Source of the DNA: an uncultured bacterium
GTDB lineage: Bacteria; Babelota; Babeliae; Babelales; Babelaceae
Assembly (NCBI GenBank): GCA_963819815.1
Contig: CAWFXL010000001.1
Location: forward strand, 1,472,001-1,536,000
Length of the DNA stretch: 64,000 nucleotides
Reading direction: 5' to 3'
This document shows, one piece after another, positions 29,672-39,186 of the stretch. How positions within the stretch are numbered: position 1 is the first letter of the stretch; every line of letters begins with the position of its first letter. Both the position numbers and the translations under genes were made by a program. Below the pieces are notes generated by a model. It was not told where the DNA came from and did not search any database. It was given only the letters and a program-made list of their open reading frames with translations.

Positions 29672-29824
29672 ATGAATAAGAAAGACGAAAAAAAGAAAGT
29701 TCACGTAGTTGAACAGCATAAACCTTGGGAACTAGAAGTTGAAACTGAAGGTCTTGATGAGCTTCAGGGAGAACGTCTTGAGCCTAAACGAGGTTCGTCT
29801 AAGCGTAAACACGAAGAAGACTAA
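29672..29824 (+). CDS. Small charged hypothetical protein (50 aa)
   Basis: AAGGAG RBS; MNKKDEKKKVHVVEQHKPWELEVETEGLDELQGERLEPKRGSSKRKHEED. Confidence 0.72.
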   Translation: MNKKDEKKKVHVVEQHKPWELEVETEGLDELQGERLEPKRGSSKRKHEED

Positions 29825-29846
29825 GTGTCTAAACCGGAGATACGTA

Positions 29847-30029
29847 ATGGATGAAAAACGAACTCATCTTATCCCTCCTTCAGCAGAAGAGCCCACCAAC
29901 GGTGATAGTCTCGATGTTGAATGGGGAGAAAACCATCAAGAGCGCATCCTTGAAAATGCAGCTCGGAGTGAATCTGAGCGGCACGATTGTAAAGGACGAA
30001 AATGCGAAACCGCATTTGATAAGCTCTAA
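29847..30029 (+). CDS. Small charged hypothetical protein (60 aa)
   Basis: GGAG RBS; MDEKRTHLIPPSAEEPTNGDSLDVEWGENHQERILENAARSESERHDCKGRKCETAFDKL. Confidence 0.7.
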   Translation: MDEKRTHLIPPSAEEPTNGDSLDVEWGENHQERILENAARSESERHDCKGRKCETAFDKL

Positions 30030-30036
30030 AAATTGG

Positions 30037-30072
30037 TCTACCCTAGGCTCAAAGCTTAGGGTAGATTTTTTT
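30037..30072 (+). terminator. Intrinsic terminator closing the small-protein operon
   Basis: TCTACCCTAGGC-TCAAA-GCTTAGGGTAGA followed by T7. Confidence 0.85.
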
Positions 30073-30082
30073 GGGAGTTGGT

Positions 30083-30895
30083 GTGCGTGGAGTTGGCTTA
30101 CATCTCAGATCATCGGGTGAGTTTTCCTCAATAATCGATACGGCATCAGCTCTTTCTATACCCCTTTTCCAAGCATTCTTTAAAAATGAAACAGGTACTT
30201 CACTTGTTTTGACCCCTGAACTTATAGCTCACTATGAGCTCTCAAAATCTAAGTTTACCCATCGTATTGCACATGCTTCCTATTCTATTAATTTGGCTCA
30301 TCCCACAATTCATTATCATAGATCGTTTAAGAAAGAGCTCTATTATGCCCAAAAATTACATTTTAGCCATATGCTTTTCCACCCAGGAGCGGTGACCACT
30401 GGGCTTTCTCGTCAGCAAGCTCTTGATACTATAGTTACTCAGTTAAACTATCTTACCAAGCATGAGCGTGACCTTGAGTTCATTCTTGAGAATAGTGCTC
30501 ATGGTAAGCGCTCTCTTGGAGGCGATATTGAAGAGCTTGCTTATGTTCAAGCACGACTTGCCATTCCTGAGAAAGTAAGCTTTTGTATTGACACAGCACA
30601 TGCCTATGTGTTTGGCTATGATATCCATGAAGAGAGTGACTCATGGATTGAGATGGTAAGCAATCGACTAACTCCTGAAGCAATTTCGGTGCTTCATATA
30701 AATGATACTCAAGCTTCCCTTGGATCATTTGATGATAGGCACTGTGCTCCAGGAAGAGGAAATATTGGCATGGCCGCATTAAAAAATATTATGTGCCATC
30801 CTCATATGAAAGCAAAGCCGCTCATTATTGAGTTACCCGAGGTAACTAAGACGGTGCAAAAAGAAGTACTTCAGGAAGTGAGATCCTGGGAATAA
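30083..30895 (+). CDS. nfo: Endonuclease IV (AP endonuclease)
   Basis: 'GLH', 'HASYSINL', 'FHPG', 'ILENSA', 'CIDTAHAYVFGYD', 'HINDT', 'DRHC', 'IIE' Zn ligands. Confidence 0.92.
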   Translation: MRGVGLHLRSSGEFSSIIDTASALSIPLFQAFFKNETGTSLVLTPELIAHYELSKSKFTHRIAHASYSINLAHPTIHYHRSFKKELYYAQKLHFSHMLFHPGAVTTGLSRQQALDTIVTQLNYLTKHERDLEFILENSAHGKRSLGGDIEELAYVQARLAIPEKVSFCIDTAHAYVFGYDIHEESDSWIEMVSNRLTPEAISVLHINDTQASLGSFDDRHCAPGRGNIGMAALKNIMCHPHMKAKPLIIELPEVTKTVQKEVLQEVRSWE

Positions 30896-30904
30896 GGAGA
30901 GAAT

Positions 30905-31909
30905 ATGCGTATTGCAGTGAATGGCTTTGGGCGAATCGGTAAAACTTTTGTGCGTGCATTTCTAGCCGATTCTCAGGTAGGTCATGAGCTTGTTGCTATC
31001 AATGTGGGAAAAGCAGATAAAGAACTTGCAGCACTTGCTTTCAAATATGATACCCTACTTGGCACCTATCCGGGTACTGTCGAATATAAAGATAACACAC
31101 TTATTATTGATGGTTCAAAAAAGATAGCTCTTATGAGTGAACTTGAACCTGAAAAGGCTCCCTGGAAGGCACTGGCAATAGATTGGGTTGTGGAAGCAAC
31201 GGGCCATTTTACGACACGTGAGGGTGCTCAGAAGCATATTCTTGCAGGAGCAAAGCGGGTACTTATCTCCGCTCCAGCTCATGGTGATGATGTGACAATT
31301 ATCCTTGGAGTGAACCAAGAGATGTATCATCCTTCTCACACGATTGTTTCTTTAGGAAGTTGTACAACCAATGCTGTATATCCGATGCTCAAGGTATTAA
31401 AGGATTCTTTTGGCATCGAGTATGCCTTTATGTCTACCGTGCATGCCTATACTAACACGCAAGCGCTTCTTGATGTTGATCCACAAAAAAAAGATCCACG
31501 CAGAAGCAGAGCCGCAGCGCTTAACATAGTACCTTCATCTACCGGGGCGATGGAAGTAGTAAGCAAAGTAATGCCCGATTTAGTGGGTAAACTTTCAGGT
31601 TCTTCATTGCGTGTACCTGTGGGCAAAGTGTCGATCATTGACCTTACCTTGCACCTCAGTCGTCCAGCATCAGTGCAAGAAGTGAATCTTGCTTTTGAAC
31701 AAGCTGCTAAGGGAGATCTTTCACGTATTGTCGGATACTCTCAGGAGCCTCTTGTCTCATCAGATTATGCTGGAAATGGCCATTCAGTATCTATCGATAG
31801 TTTGCTGACCCAATCTATGGGATCAATGGTAAAAGTGTTTGGATGGTATGATAATGAATGGGGTTACAGCTGTCGCTTGAGAGATTTCTTGACTAACATT
31901 GCCTCATAA
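30905..31909 (+). CDS. gap: Type I glyceraldehyde-3-phosphate dehydrogenase
   Basis: 'IAVNGFGRIG', 'SCTTN', 'TVHAYT', 'STGA', 'WYDNEWGYS'. Confidence 0.96.
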   Translation: MRIAVNGFGRIGKTFVRAFLADSQVGHELVAINVGKADKELAALAFKYDTLLGTYPGTVEYKDNTLIIDGSKKIALMSELEPEKAPWKALAIDWVVEATGHFTTREGAQKHILAGAKRVLISAPAHGDDVTIILGVNQEMYHPSHTIVSLGSCTTNAVYPMLKVLKDSFGIEYAFMSTVHAYTNTQALLDVDPQKKDPRRSRAAALNIVPSSTGAMEVVSKVMPDLVGKLSGSSLRVPVGKVSIIDLTLHLSRPASVQEVNLAFEQAAKGDLSRIVGYSQEPLVSSDYAGNGHSVSIDSLLTQSMGSMVKVFGWYDNEWGYSCRLRDFLTNIAS

Positions 31910-32185
31910 ACATACCCCAATTTACACCATGTTGTTCTCTATCTCTCTTAATTATTCAGGCGTATACTACCAAGTAGCATGGTAAGCGGCGACTCGAAAC
32001 CGTTTACACTATTTGGCATGGCTCATTTCCAGGCATCTTTACGAGGACCATGCAATTAAAGCCACAAAGCCCTTGCTTTCTTCTTAGCTATTTTGCTAGC
32101 ATGTGCCATGTAGTTTCTCAAAGTTGAGTACTGCGTAGGATATGAGCTGTCCAATTTTACTGACTTAACAAAAGGAGATAGTCGG

Positions 32186-33301
32186 ATGAATATTTTTTAT
32201 CGCTTATTGGCTGTAACGTTACTTTTAAGTAATGTACCTTGCCTGCTTGGCTGCCAAAGCCCTTCAGCAAATACCAGCTTATTTGTAAATTCTGATTTTG
32301 CACCAACAACAGCTTTCGGATATACTCCGTTTGAATTTGTTGTTCCACCAGTTGATTCTGCTACCCTTGTGCAAGGATTTGATGCTCAGTTAGCAGCACA
32401 AATTGCACGTAGACTCGGATTTAATGGAGCTGAGTTTAATCAGACAGCATTTGGTATTAATGAAACTGGAAATACGGTAATTGAAAATTTGCTGCTAGAT
32501 GTTGAAAATGGAACACCTCAATCAAATATCGGTATTTCCGCAATCTCTATTACACCAAATAGAATCAAAAATTTTCCAGAGTTAGCATTTATACCGTATA
32601 ATGATGATGATATGTCGATTATCTTGCAATCTGCATTAGTTGCCGGTGACCCCCTACTTCAAAAGGGTGCGACTGTGCTCGCAAGGTTAAATACTCTGGC
32701 ATTCACTCTGGTCGACCTTCAAACGGTATTTACCTTATTCGGTTCTCGTCAGGCGAGTACGGCAACTGGATTTGGTTCTGGCATCATTGCACAGTCTATC
32801 AATACTATTGGATCTCCATACAACCGTTTAGAAAGTGCACCCAATGGGAGTGACAAAGCTCAATTTGATAATATTCAGGATGCAGTTACGGCTCTTCTCG
32901 CTGCTCTTAAGGCGGGGAATAGACGAAGTCTTTTCATCGATACGCCAACTGCACTTGCCCTTCAGAAACAAGGCCTTATCCCAGGATTTACCGTCGTTAC
33001 GGGTGTGATAATTGATCCTTCTCTTAACGCTTTTAGTTCCTTAGGACTTGGCATTGCCATCCCAGCAGAATGCTGCCAACTGTATGCAAATATTGCGAAA
33101 GCGATACAAGATATGGAAGATGAAGGTGTTCTTGCTGCAATGCGTGCTAAATGGGGAACTGGCTCGTTCACGCCTCCTGCAGTGAACTTAGTACCTTCAG
33201 GTTGTGCGAATACTACCGCAAACATTAACAGCAATGCGATTGCTAATTATATCTTCACGAAGTACTGTCCTCAGGTAGCAACAATTGTTTCTCCTGAATA
33301 A
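32186..33301 (+). CDS. Divergent exported substrate-binding protein (amino-acid ABC SBP family 3-like), possible lipoprotein; no transporter genes adjacent
   Basis: Signal with LLGC lipobox-like motif; 'GYTPFEF', 'GFDAQLAAQIARRLG', 'ISAISITPNR', 'LGIAI...LYANIAKAIQDMEDEG.LAAMRAKW'. Confidence 0.8.
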   Translation: MNIFYRLLAVTLLLSNVPCLLGCQSPSANTSLFVNSDFAPTTAFGYTPFEFVVPPVDSATLVQGFDAQLAAQIARRLGFNGAEFNQTAFGINETGNTVIENLLLDVENGTPQSNIGISAISITPNRIKNFPELAFIPYNDDDMSIILQSALVAGDPLLQKGATVLARLNTLAFTLVDLQTVFTLFGSRQASTATGFGSGIIAQSINTIGSPYNRLESAPNGSDKAQFDNIQDAVTALLAALKAGNRRSLFIDTPTALALQKQGLIPGFTVVTGVIIDPSLNAFSSLGLGIAIPAECCQLYANIAKAIQDMEDEGVLAAMRAKWGTGSFTPPAVNLVPSGCANTTANINSNAIANYIFTKYCPQVATIVSPE

Positions 33302-33325
33302 GTATCATTAGTTGATGTATACAAA

Positions 33326-33345
33326 GGGAGTGCGTAAGCACTCCC
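33326..33345 (+). terminator. Hairpin downstream of the SBP gene
   Basis: GGGAGTGC-GTAA-GCACTCCC, without a strong T tract. Confidence 0.5.
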
Positions 33346-33608
33346 TGCCAATCTCCGCTCCTTTAAATGTTTCATAGCTATCCCTGAACATTCAACTATT
33401 AAGGACAAAATCGCTAAGCCTAAGATTAATTTTGGGGCATTTCTGTGTTGCTCGAATTGATTAAAGGGTGATGCTTCTGGAAAAGTAGGCATCTATACGG
33501 TTCTACTGGCTGACTAATTCAAGTTGTTGCTCAATATTTGCTTTGGACAGACTCAATTGATTTATTGGCCATCCTATTTAGCCTTTTGATCGACATTATT
33601 GATCTGTT

Positions 33609-33823
33609 AAAAATTTGGCGCATTATAGGAATTTATAATGCGCCAAATTTTTGAATCTTTTTGAAAATTTGGCGCATTATAAAAAATTTTCATGATTAAT
33701 CCTAATGATCCAACTTTTCATCCAGATCGTTATATCAGAGGGGTTGAAAAAATTTGGCGCATTATAGAGTTTTATAGCGCGCCAAATTTATCTATTGACT
33801 AAAGAATTTTGGCGCATTATAAT
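33609..33823 (+). promoter_or_regulatory. Operator array (six AAATTTGGCGCATTATA-type half-sites) overlapping a sigma70 promoter
   Basis: Perfect 19-6-19 palindrome at 33609-33652; half-site at 33664-33681; 17-6-17 palindrome at 33750-33789; half-site at 33805-33821 lying inside TTGACT(33795)-17-TATAAT(33818). Confidence 0.88.
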
Positions 33824-33840
33824 AAGGGGAGCAAGCAAAA

Positions 33841-35289
33841 ATGAGGGAGTCTATGATTATCGGAAGAAAAAGGGAAATAAGGCAGCTTGAAAGAGCATAC
33901 ACTGACAAGAAAGCACATTTTATAACGGTGTATGGTCGAAGGCGGGTTGGAAAAACCTTTCTCGTAAGGGAGTTTTTTTCAGAAAAAGAATGTACTTTTT
34001 TTCATGTAACCGGCGTGCACAAGGAAAAATTAGCAGCACAACTTGAAAATTTTGCTCGCTCAATGAGTAAGACTTTTTTTGCACAGGGTCCTTTGAGGGA
34101 GCTTTCTAATTGGAAGGATGCTTTTGATCTTCTTGATAGAGAAATTGCGCAAAGGCAAGGTAAGATAGTTCTTTTCTTTGATGAGCTGCCCTGGCTTGCT
34201 ACACCTCGGTCGAATATAATGGGGCAGATCGATTTTTTCTGGAATAATCGTTGGTCGGGCATGCCGAATGTTATTCTTATTGTGTGTGGTTCATCGGCAT
34301 CTTGGCTACTTAATAATATCATATACCACAAGGGCGGATTATATAATCGTACGACCACAGAAATACAATTAATGCCATTTGATTTGCACGAGACCGCTGA
34401 GTTTTTGCTCAGCAAGAAAATAAAGCTTGCTCATGAACAGGTTCTGAAGTTGTATATGGCTGTAGGTGGTATTCCCTTTTATTTGGATTATGCGGAGAAG
34501 GGATATACAATCCAGCAAATTATTCAGCAACTTTTTTTTGATGTTCGGGCACCTTTAAAAAACGAATATAGAAAATTGTTTGAATCTCTTTTTAACACAG
34601 CTGAAGCCTATCGGGAGCTTGTGGAGATTGTTGCTCGAAAAAAAGATGGTCTAGAGCGTTCTGAAATTATTAAGGAAGCGCAGTTTTCCACTGGAGGCCA
34701 TTTGACCCGTAGACTCAAGAGTCTCTGTGATGCAGGTTTCTTAAAAGAGTTCACTCCCTGGGGGAAACAGTACCAGACCTACTATAAAGTTATCGATGAA
34801 TTCTGTCTTTTCTATCTACGTTGGATAAAAGATGAGAACCATACTTTTGATCCAGATCATTGGATATTGCAGAGTCGGAGTCCTGCATATTATGCCTGGG
34901 CAGGGTATGCCTTTGAGTCGGTGTGTATGAAGCATATCTATCAGATCTCAAGGGCACTTGGCATAAAAACGGGGATAAAAATAGGGTCCTGGAAATATAT
35001 TCCTTCGGGGAATGAAGACCACGGCGCACAAATTGACCTGGTTATAGAGCGCGTAGATGATGGGATAAATCTTTGCGAAATTAAATATACGGAAAAACCA
35101 TTTTCCATTGATAAAAAATATGCAACAGAGCTTACCCATAAAGTAGAGCTCTTTACAAAAAAAGAACATAGTAAGAAACAAGTATTTCTTTCGATGGTTT
35201 CTGCAGGTGGACTAGCGAAAACAATGTACTCTGAAGAACTTGTGAGTGGAGTGGTAACACTTGACGATCTATTTAGATCACTTGGATAA
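33841..35289 (+). CDS. AAA+ ('archaeal-type') ATPase with central wHTH-like region and C-terminal PD-(D/E)xK-like domain
   Basis: 'IIGRKRE', Walker A 'YGRRRVGKT', Walker B 'LFFDELPW', 'VCGSS', 'GGIPFYL', C-terminal 'AFE..C', 'GAQIDLVIER.D..INLCEIKY'. Confidence 0.9.
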   Translation: MRESMIIGRKREIRQLERAYTDKKAHFITVYGRRRVGKTFLVREFFSEKECTFFHVTGVHKEKLAAQLENFARSMSKTFFAQGPLRELSNWKDAFDLLDREIAQRQGKIVLFFDELPWLATPRSNIMGQIDFFWNNRWSGMPNVILIVCGSSASWLLNNIIYHKGGLYNRTTTEIQLMPFDLHETAEFLLSKKIKLAHEQVLKLYMAVGGIPFYLDYAEKGYTIQQIIQQLFFDVRAPLKNEYRKLFESLFNTAEAYRELVEIVARKKDGLERSEIIKEAQFSTGGHLTRRLKSLCDAGFLKEFTPWGKQYQTYYKVIDEFCLFYLRWIKDENHTFDPDHWILQSRSPAYYAWAGYAFESVCMKHIYQISRALGIKTGIKIGSWKYIPSGNEDHGAQIDLVIERVDDGINLCEIKYTEKPFSIDKKYATELTHKVELFTKKEHSKKQVFLSMVSAGGLAKTMYSEELVSGVVTLDDLFRSLG

Positions 35290-35395
35290 TCTGAGCCCTT
35301 TCTATCATCTGGTATCATGCAGGATGAGCATGGCATGTTTTCTTTCATAGCTTCACATTCAGGCGCAATTTCAGTAGACTATCATAAAGAATTAG

Positions 35396-35471
35396 GGGCC
35401 CATAGCTCAGCGGTTAGAGCAATCGGCTCATAACCGAGAGGTCCCAGGTTCAAATCCTGGTGGGCCCACCA
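35396..35471 (+). tRNA. tRNA with CAT anticodon, most likely tRNA-Ile2 (lysidine)
   Basis: GGGCCCA/TGGGCCC acceptor stem and GGCTCATAACC anticodon arm as in Ile2; lacks initiator features. Confidence 0.9.
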
Positions 35472-35492
35472 AAACCTCGGCGGTACAAAAGC

Positions 35493-36209
35493 ATGCAAAA
35501 TGAACAGGTGGCAGCTTTTATTGAGCTTGTTGAATTAGATCAACGGCTTAGTCGCCTTTCGCGGCAGCAGGAAGAAGATGTTGCAAAAAAGGATACGCTA
35601 CTTAAGGAGATCGAACAGATCGACAAAGATGTTGCGCATGCTGATAAGGTCGTTCATGATACCCAAAAAAAGATGCATGAGCTTGAGCTTGATCTAAAAA
35701 CTATCGATCGCAACCTTGCCCGAACACAGGAAAAACTTTTGAGCGCACATTCTCAAAAAGAGCTCGATTCATTGGAGCATGAGAAAACCGATCTTGAAAA
35801 CAAGCGAGAATTACGGGATGAGCAAGGACTCGTGCTGCTTGAAGAATTAGAGCAGGCTCGAGCACAAGCTGTAAAGCTTCGTGCCAAAGCACCCGAAGCC
35901 CATCAAGAAAAAAAACAGGAACTTACAGCGCTTACTGAGCAGATGGACAAGCTAGAAATATCTCGATCAAATCTTAGTGCTCGCCGTGATGAGCTGGAAT
36001 TAACCGTCGATCAAGAGCTTTTGAGCCGTTATGAAACGATGAAGAAAAAAATTCCCAACCCGGCAGTTCCCCTACTTAACGAAAGCTGTTCTGGTTGCTT
36101 CTATTCCTTAACACCGGCTGAATTGAATCCACTTCGACAAGTAAAGCTTGGTGTCTGTAAAGGTTGTTATCGTACCATCTATATAACAAAGGGAACTGAT
36201 GGAGAATAA
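35493..36209 (+). CDS. Coiled-coil protein with C-terminal C4 zinc ribbon (CT398/HP0958-like)
   Basis: Long coiled coil, 'LLSRYE', 'AVP..NESCSGCF...CKGCYRTIY'; typical neighbour of rnhA. Confidence 0.85.
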   Translation: MQNEQVAAFIELVELDQRLSRLSRQQEEDVAKKDTLLKEIEQIDKDVAHADKVVHDTQKKMHELELDLKTIDRNLARTQEKLLSAHSQKELDSLEHEKTDLENKRELRDEQGLVLLEELEQARAQAVKLRAKAPEAHQEKKQELTALTEQMDKLEISRSNLSARRDELELTVDQELLSRYETMKKKIPNPAVPLLNESCSGCFYSLTPAELNPLRQVKLGVCKGCYRTIYITKGTDGE

Positions 36210-36678
36210 TGTGTTCCCAGAGCCAGGAAGGTGGGAGCTGTACGTAGATGGTGCCGCCCGAAATAATCCCGGACCTGCAGGCGCTGGATTTTATTTGTTG
36301 AAAAATGGCGTGTCAGTTGAAGAACAGGGAATGTTCTTAGGTAAAAAAACGAATAACCAAGCAGAATATTTGGCACTGTTACTGGGAATCTATTACGCTC
36401 AGCAACATATGGGGCCACGTGATACGCTTGTCATAAAAGCAGATTCGCAGCTTATGGTCAGACAGGTGCAGGGGATCTATAAAATAAAAAACAAGGAGCT
36501 AGCAAGAATACATGATGCGATTCGCTCTATGCTCAATGCCTTAAATTTTAAGATACAACATGTACCACGTGAAGAAAATAAAGTAGCTGATAAACTAGCG
36601 AATATAGGAATTGATAAAAAAATAAGAGTTCCCCATGAACTTCTCCTCGTTTGGCCGATATATGAAGATGCTTGGTAA
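36199..36678 (+). CDS. rnhA: Ribonuclease HI (archaeal/actinobacterial-type)
   Basis: 'YVDGAARNNPGPAGAG', 'TNNQAEY', 'ADSQL', 'HVPREENKVADKLAN'. Confidence 0.92.
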   Translation: MENNVFPEPGRWELYVDGAARNNPGPAGAGFYLLKNGVSVEEQGMFLGKKTNNQAEYLALLLGIYYAQQHMGPRDTLVIKADSQLMVRQVQGIYKIKNKELARIHDAIRSMLNALNFKIQHVPREENKVADKLANIGIDKKIRVPHELLLVWPIYEDAW

Positions 36679-37873
36679 CCTCTATGCAGGTATTCTGATT
36701 GCAGGAGCACTGGGCATGCAGGGTCTCCTTGCAGTACCACCTAAAAAACAGAAATTTGATTACTCCTTTAAGAAGTTAGCACAGGGTATCCCTGTTCGCG
36801 TGCTTCTTGAAGAAAGTGCCGCTAAGGATGTTGCATGGGAGCTGAATTCTGATGAAGGATTTGTGCTCTATGCGCCCACTTCAAAAGAGAAAACGGTACT
36901 CAAAAAGACCAAACTTCTGGTGACTCATAAAAAGGGTACTTTTTATTTGAATGGTCAGAAGATACATGATGCGCATATCTTTGTGCTTCCACTGCGAGGC
37001 TTGATTCGTCATGGAACGATTCCATATGACGGAGTTTTTTCTCTTACCAAGAGTAAAGAAGTTGCCTACTTAGTAAATCATCTTGATCTTGAAGAGTATC
37101 TTATGTCGGTGCTCCCCTATGAGAGTATGCCCGGTTGGCCCGATGAGGTTCAGAAAGCACAGTGTGTTGCGTCGCGTACCTATGCTATTCATAAAGTTTT
37201 AGAGCAACGTGAGCAAAAAAAGAATAATAGAGTAACGCATCCCTATGATATAAAAAGTACTCCGGCACACCAGGTGTACCGCGGTTATGAAAAAACGGCC
37301 TGTTTTAAGCATATTGTAGAAGCAACTCGTGATATTGTACTAGCCTATAATAACAAGCCGATTCTTGCCATGTTTGATACTGCCTGTGGTGGGGTTATTC
37401 CAGGGAAGAAAAAGGGCATTCACTTTGGTAAGGCGCCCTATTTAAAGCGCACCTATGCATGTAATTATTGTAATGAGCATCCTTACTATCGGTGGGAAGC
37501 ACAGCTTTCCTTTGCTGAGCTAGGAAAAAGTTTAGCAACGCTTTTGCCCGATCTTGGGCAGGTTCGTGATATTAAGATCGAATCGCATGATCCAGCCGGG
37601 ATTGTTCAAGCCATTAAAATTAGAGGGAGTCATGGGTGGGTTACGATTAAACCTTCCCAGTTGCGGTCGGTCTGCAAGAATTTAAGAAGCCTCTGCTTTA
37701 CGTTCTCAAAAAAAGGAAGATCGGTGCAAGTTTCTGGAAAAGGATACGGATATCACATGGGGCTCTGCCAATGGGGCGCCTATAATCTCGTAAAAAAAGG
37801 GTGGAACTATAAAAAGGTATTACAGTTCTACTATCCAAATACTACTTTTATGAAACTGAAAAGGTCAGAGTAA
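36662..37873 (+). CDS. SpoIID/LytB-family lytic transglycosylase
   Basis: 'VNHLDLEEYL.SV.PYE', 'KAQCVASRTYA', 'HQVY', 'GKGYGYHMGLCQWGA', 'LQFYYP'. Confidence 0.9.
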   Translation: MKMLGNLYAGILIAGALGMQGLLAVPPKKQKFDYSFKKLAQGIPVRVLLEESAAKDVAWELNSDEGFVLYAPTSKEKTVLKKTKLLVTHKKGTFYLNGQKIHDAHIFVLPLRGLIRHGTIPYDGVFSLTKSKEVAYLVNHLDLEEYLMSVLPYESMPGWPDEVQKAQCVASRTYAIHKVLEQREQKKNNRVTHPYDIKSTPAHQVYRGYEKTACFKHIVEATRDIVLAYNNKPILAMFDTACGGVIPGKKKGIHFGKAPYLKRTYACNYCNEHPYYRWEAQLSFAELGKSLATLLPDLGQVRDIKIESHDPAGIVQAIKIRGSHGWVTIKPSQLRSVCKNLRSLCFTFSKKGRSVQVSGKGYGYHMGLCQWGAYNLVKKGWNYKKVLQFYYPNTTFMKLKRSE

Positions 37874-38334
37874 TGTCTCTCTATCGTGGCCACTTAGTAG
37901 GGGGTCTTGTTTCATATGTTATAGTTACGGTGCTCGCGAGCGTTTTTCAAAACGGTTTGGTATTTAGCATACCGGGCCTCATCGCAACACTTGCGGGCTC
38001 TTTATTTCCCGATATCGATGTGCGAAGTAATGGACAGAACCTTTTTCTGAAGGTGCTTTTTCTTATGATCGTACTCTGTCTCTTTTTACAGGCATCAGTA
38101 CCCCTCATTCTGTTGCTTATTTTTTCAGTGCTGCCGCTTATTTTCCCCCATAGGGGGTTATTTCATGATCTTTATTTTATTGTGGCACTGGTTGCTCTTT
38201 TTTCAGGAGCAATGATCTATAGTATGCCCTCAAGTTGGCGTACTATCGTAACCATAGCATTCTTTTTTATGGTTGGTGTGCTTTCACATTTAGTGCTTGA
38301 TAAAGGGATGAAAAAGACTTTTCAACATGATTAA
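37873..38334 (+). CDS. Metal-dependent membrane hydrolase (YdjM/LexA-binding family)
   Basis: 'GH', 'GSLFPDID', 'HRGLFH', 'SHLVLD'. Confidence 0.85.
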   Translation: MSLYRGHLVGGLVSYVIVTVLASVFQNGLVFSIPGLIATLAGSLFPDIDVRSNGQNLFLKVLFLMIVLCLFLQASVPLILLLIFSVLPLIFPHRGLFHDLYFIVALVALFSGAMIYSMPSSWRTIVTIAFFFMVGVLSHLVLDKGMKKTFQHD

Positions 38335-38352
38335 GTGTTTCTGCCTACATCT

Positions 38353-39111
38353 CTAAAAAGGATTCTCGGTTTTAATGAAGGTGCAGGGAATTTCACATGT
38401 TTCTTGGATGTGTTGCGCAAGCGCTTTAACGCCTACCGTTTCAGTTGCATAATGGCCAAGACCAAGAAACGAGATATTTTCTTCATGCGCTGCATCGTAG
38501 ACAGGTTCATCGAAACGACCGGTAATAAAGCAATCGGCACCTGCATAGGCTGCATCGTGTATATATTTGTCAGCACCACCGGAAATGATAGCAACTGACC
38601 TGATGGGATTCTTTACAACTACAGCTGCAGCGGTGTTTCCATAGTAGGCTTCTACCCGGTTACGGAATTCTTCAAAAGAAAGTGGAGCAATTGTGCCTAT
38701 GACACCTATGGGTATATCACTAAGAACTCCAAATGGCTTGAGATCAGCAAGTCCTAAATCTTTTGCAGCTTTCCAATTATTTCCCAGCTCTTGATGGGCA
38801 TCTAACGGAAGATGATAGGCGAGCAGCGCAATGTTATGCTCTATGAGTACTCTGACTTTTTTATAGCGCGTTTCTATGAGGGGATGGGTATCGTTTTTTC
38901 TAAAGAGGCCATGATGCACGATGAGTATCTGTGCTTTTAGGGCAGCAGCTTTTTCAATTGCTTCAAGACTTGCGCTTACCGCTGTTGCAACCTTTTTAAT
39001 AGGTGCTGTGTTTGCTACTTGTATTCCATTATAGGTATTTTCATTGAATGATGAGACATCTAATAGTTCATCGAGATAGCGAGCAAGCTCTTGGGTGCTG
39101 AGTGTCTTCAT
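38353..39111 (-). CDS. Nif3-like dinuclear metal centre protein (YbgI family)
   Basis: 'NGIQV', 'IVHHGLF', 'AYHLPLDAH.ELGNN', 'GHYATE'. Confidence 0.92.
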   Translation of the reverse strand: MKTLSTQELARYLDELLDVSSFNENTYNGIQVANTAPIKKVATAVSASLEAIEKAAALKAQILIVHHGLFRKNDTHPLIETRYKKVRVLIEHNIALLAYHLPLDAHQELGNNWKAAKDLGLADLKPFGVLSDIPIGVIGTIAPLSFEEFRNRVEAYYGNTAAAVVVKNPIRSVAIISGGADKYIHDAAYAGADCFITGRFDEPVYDAAHEENISFLGLGHYATETVGVKALAQHIQETCEIPCTFIKTENPF

Positions 39112-39186
39112 TGGTCGATTCTTTCAATGTAATGTAGACCAAACTAGTATTTTCTTGCGTACTTACTGAACACAATGTAGATGATT

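Noticed and set aside
33609..33823. Repeat arrays (also 15394, 7861, 62199) as CRISPR arrays
   Set aside because: The repeats alternate in orientation, spacing is not a regular repeat-spacer pattern, copy number is low and no cas genes are present.
35396..35471. CAT-anticodon tRNA as initiator tRNA-fMet
   Set aside because: It has a paired G1-C72 and lacks the three consecutive G-C pairs in the anticodon stem; it fits Ile2 better.
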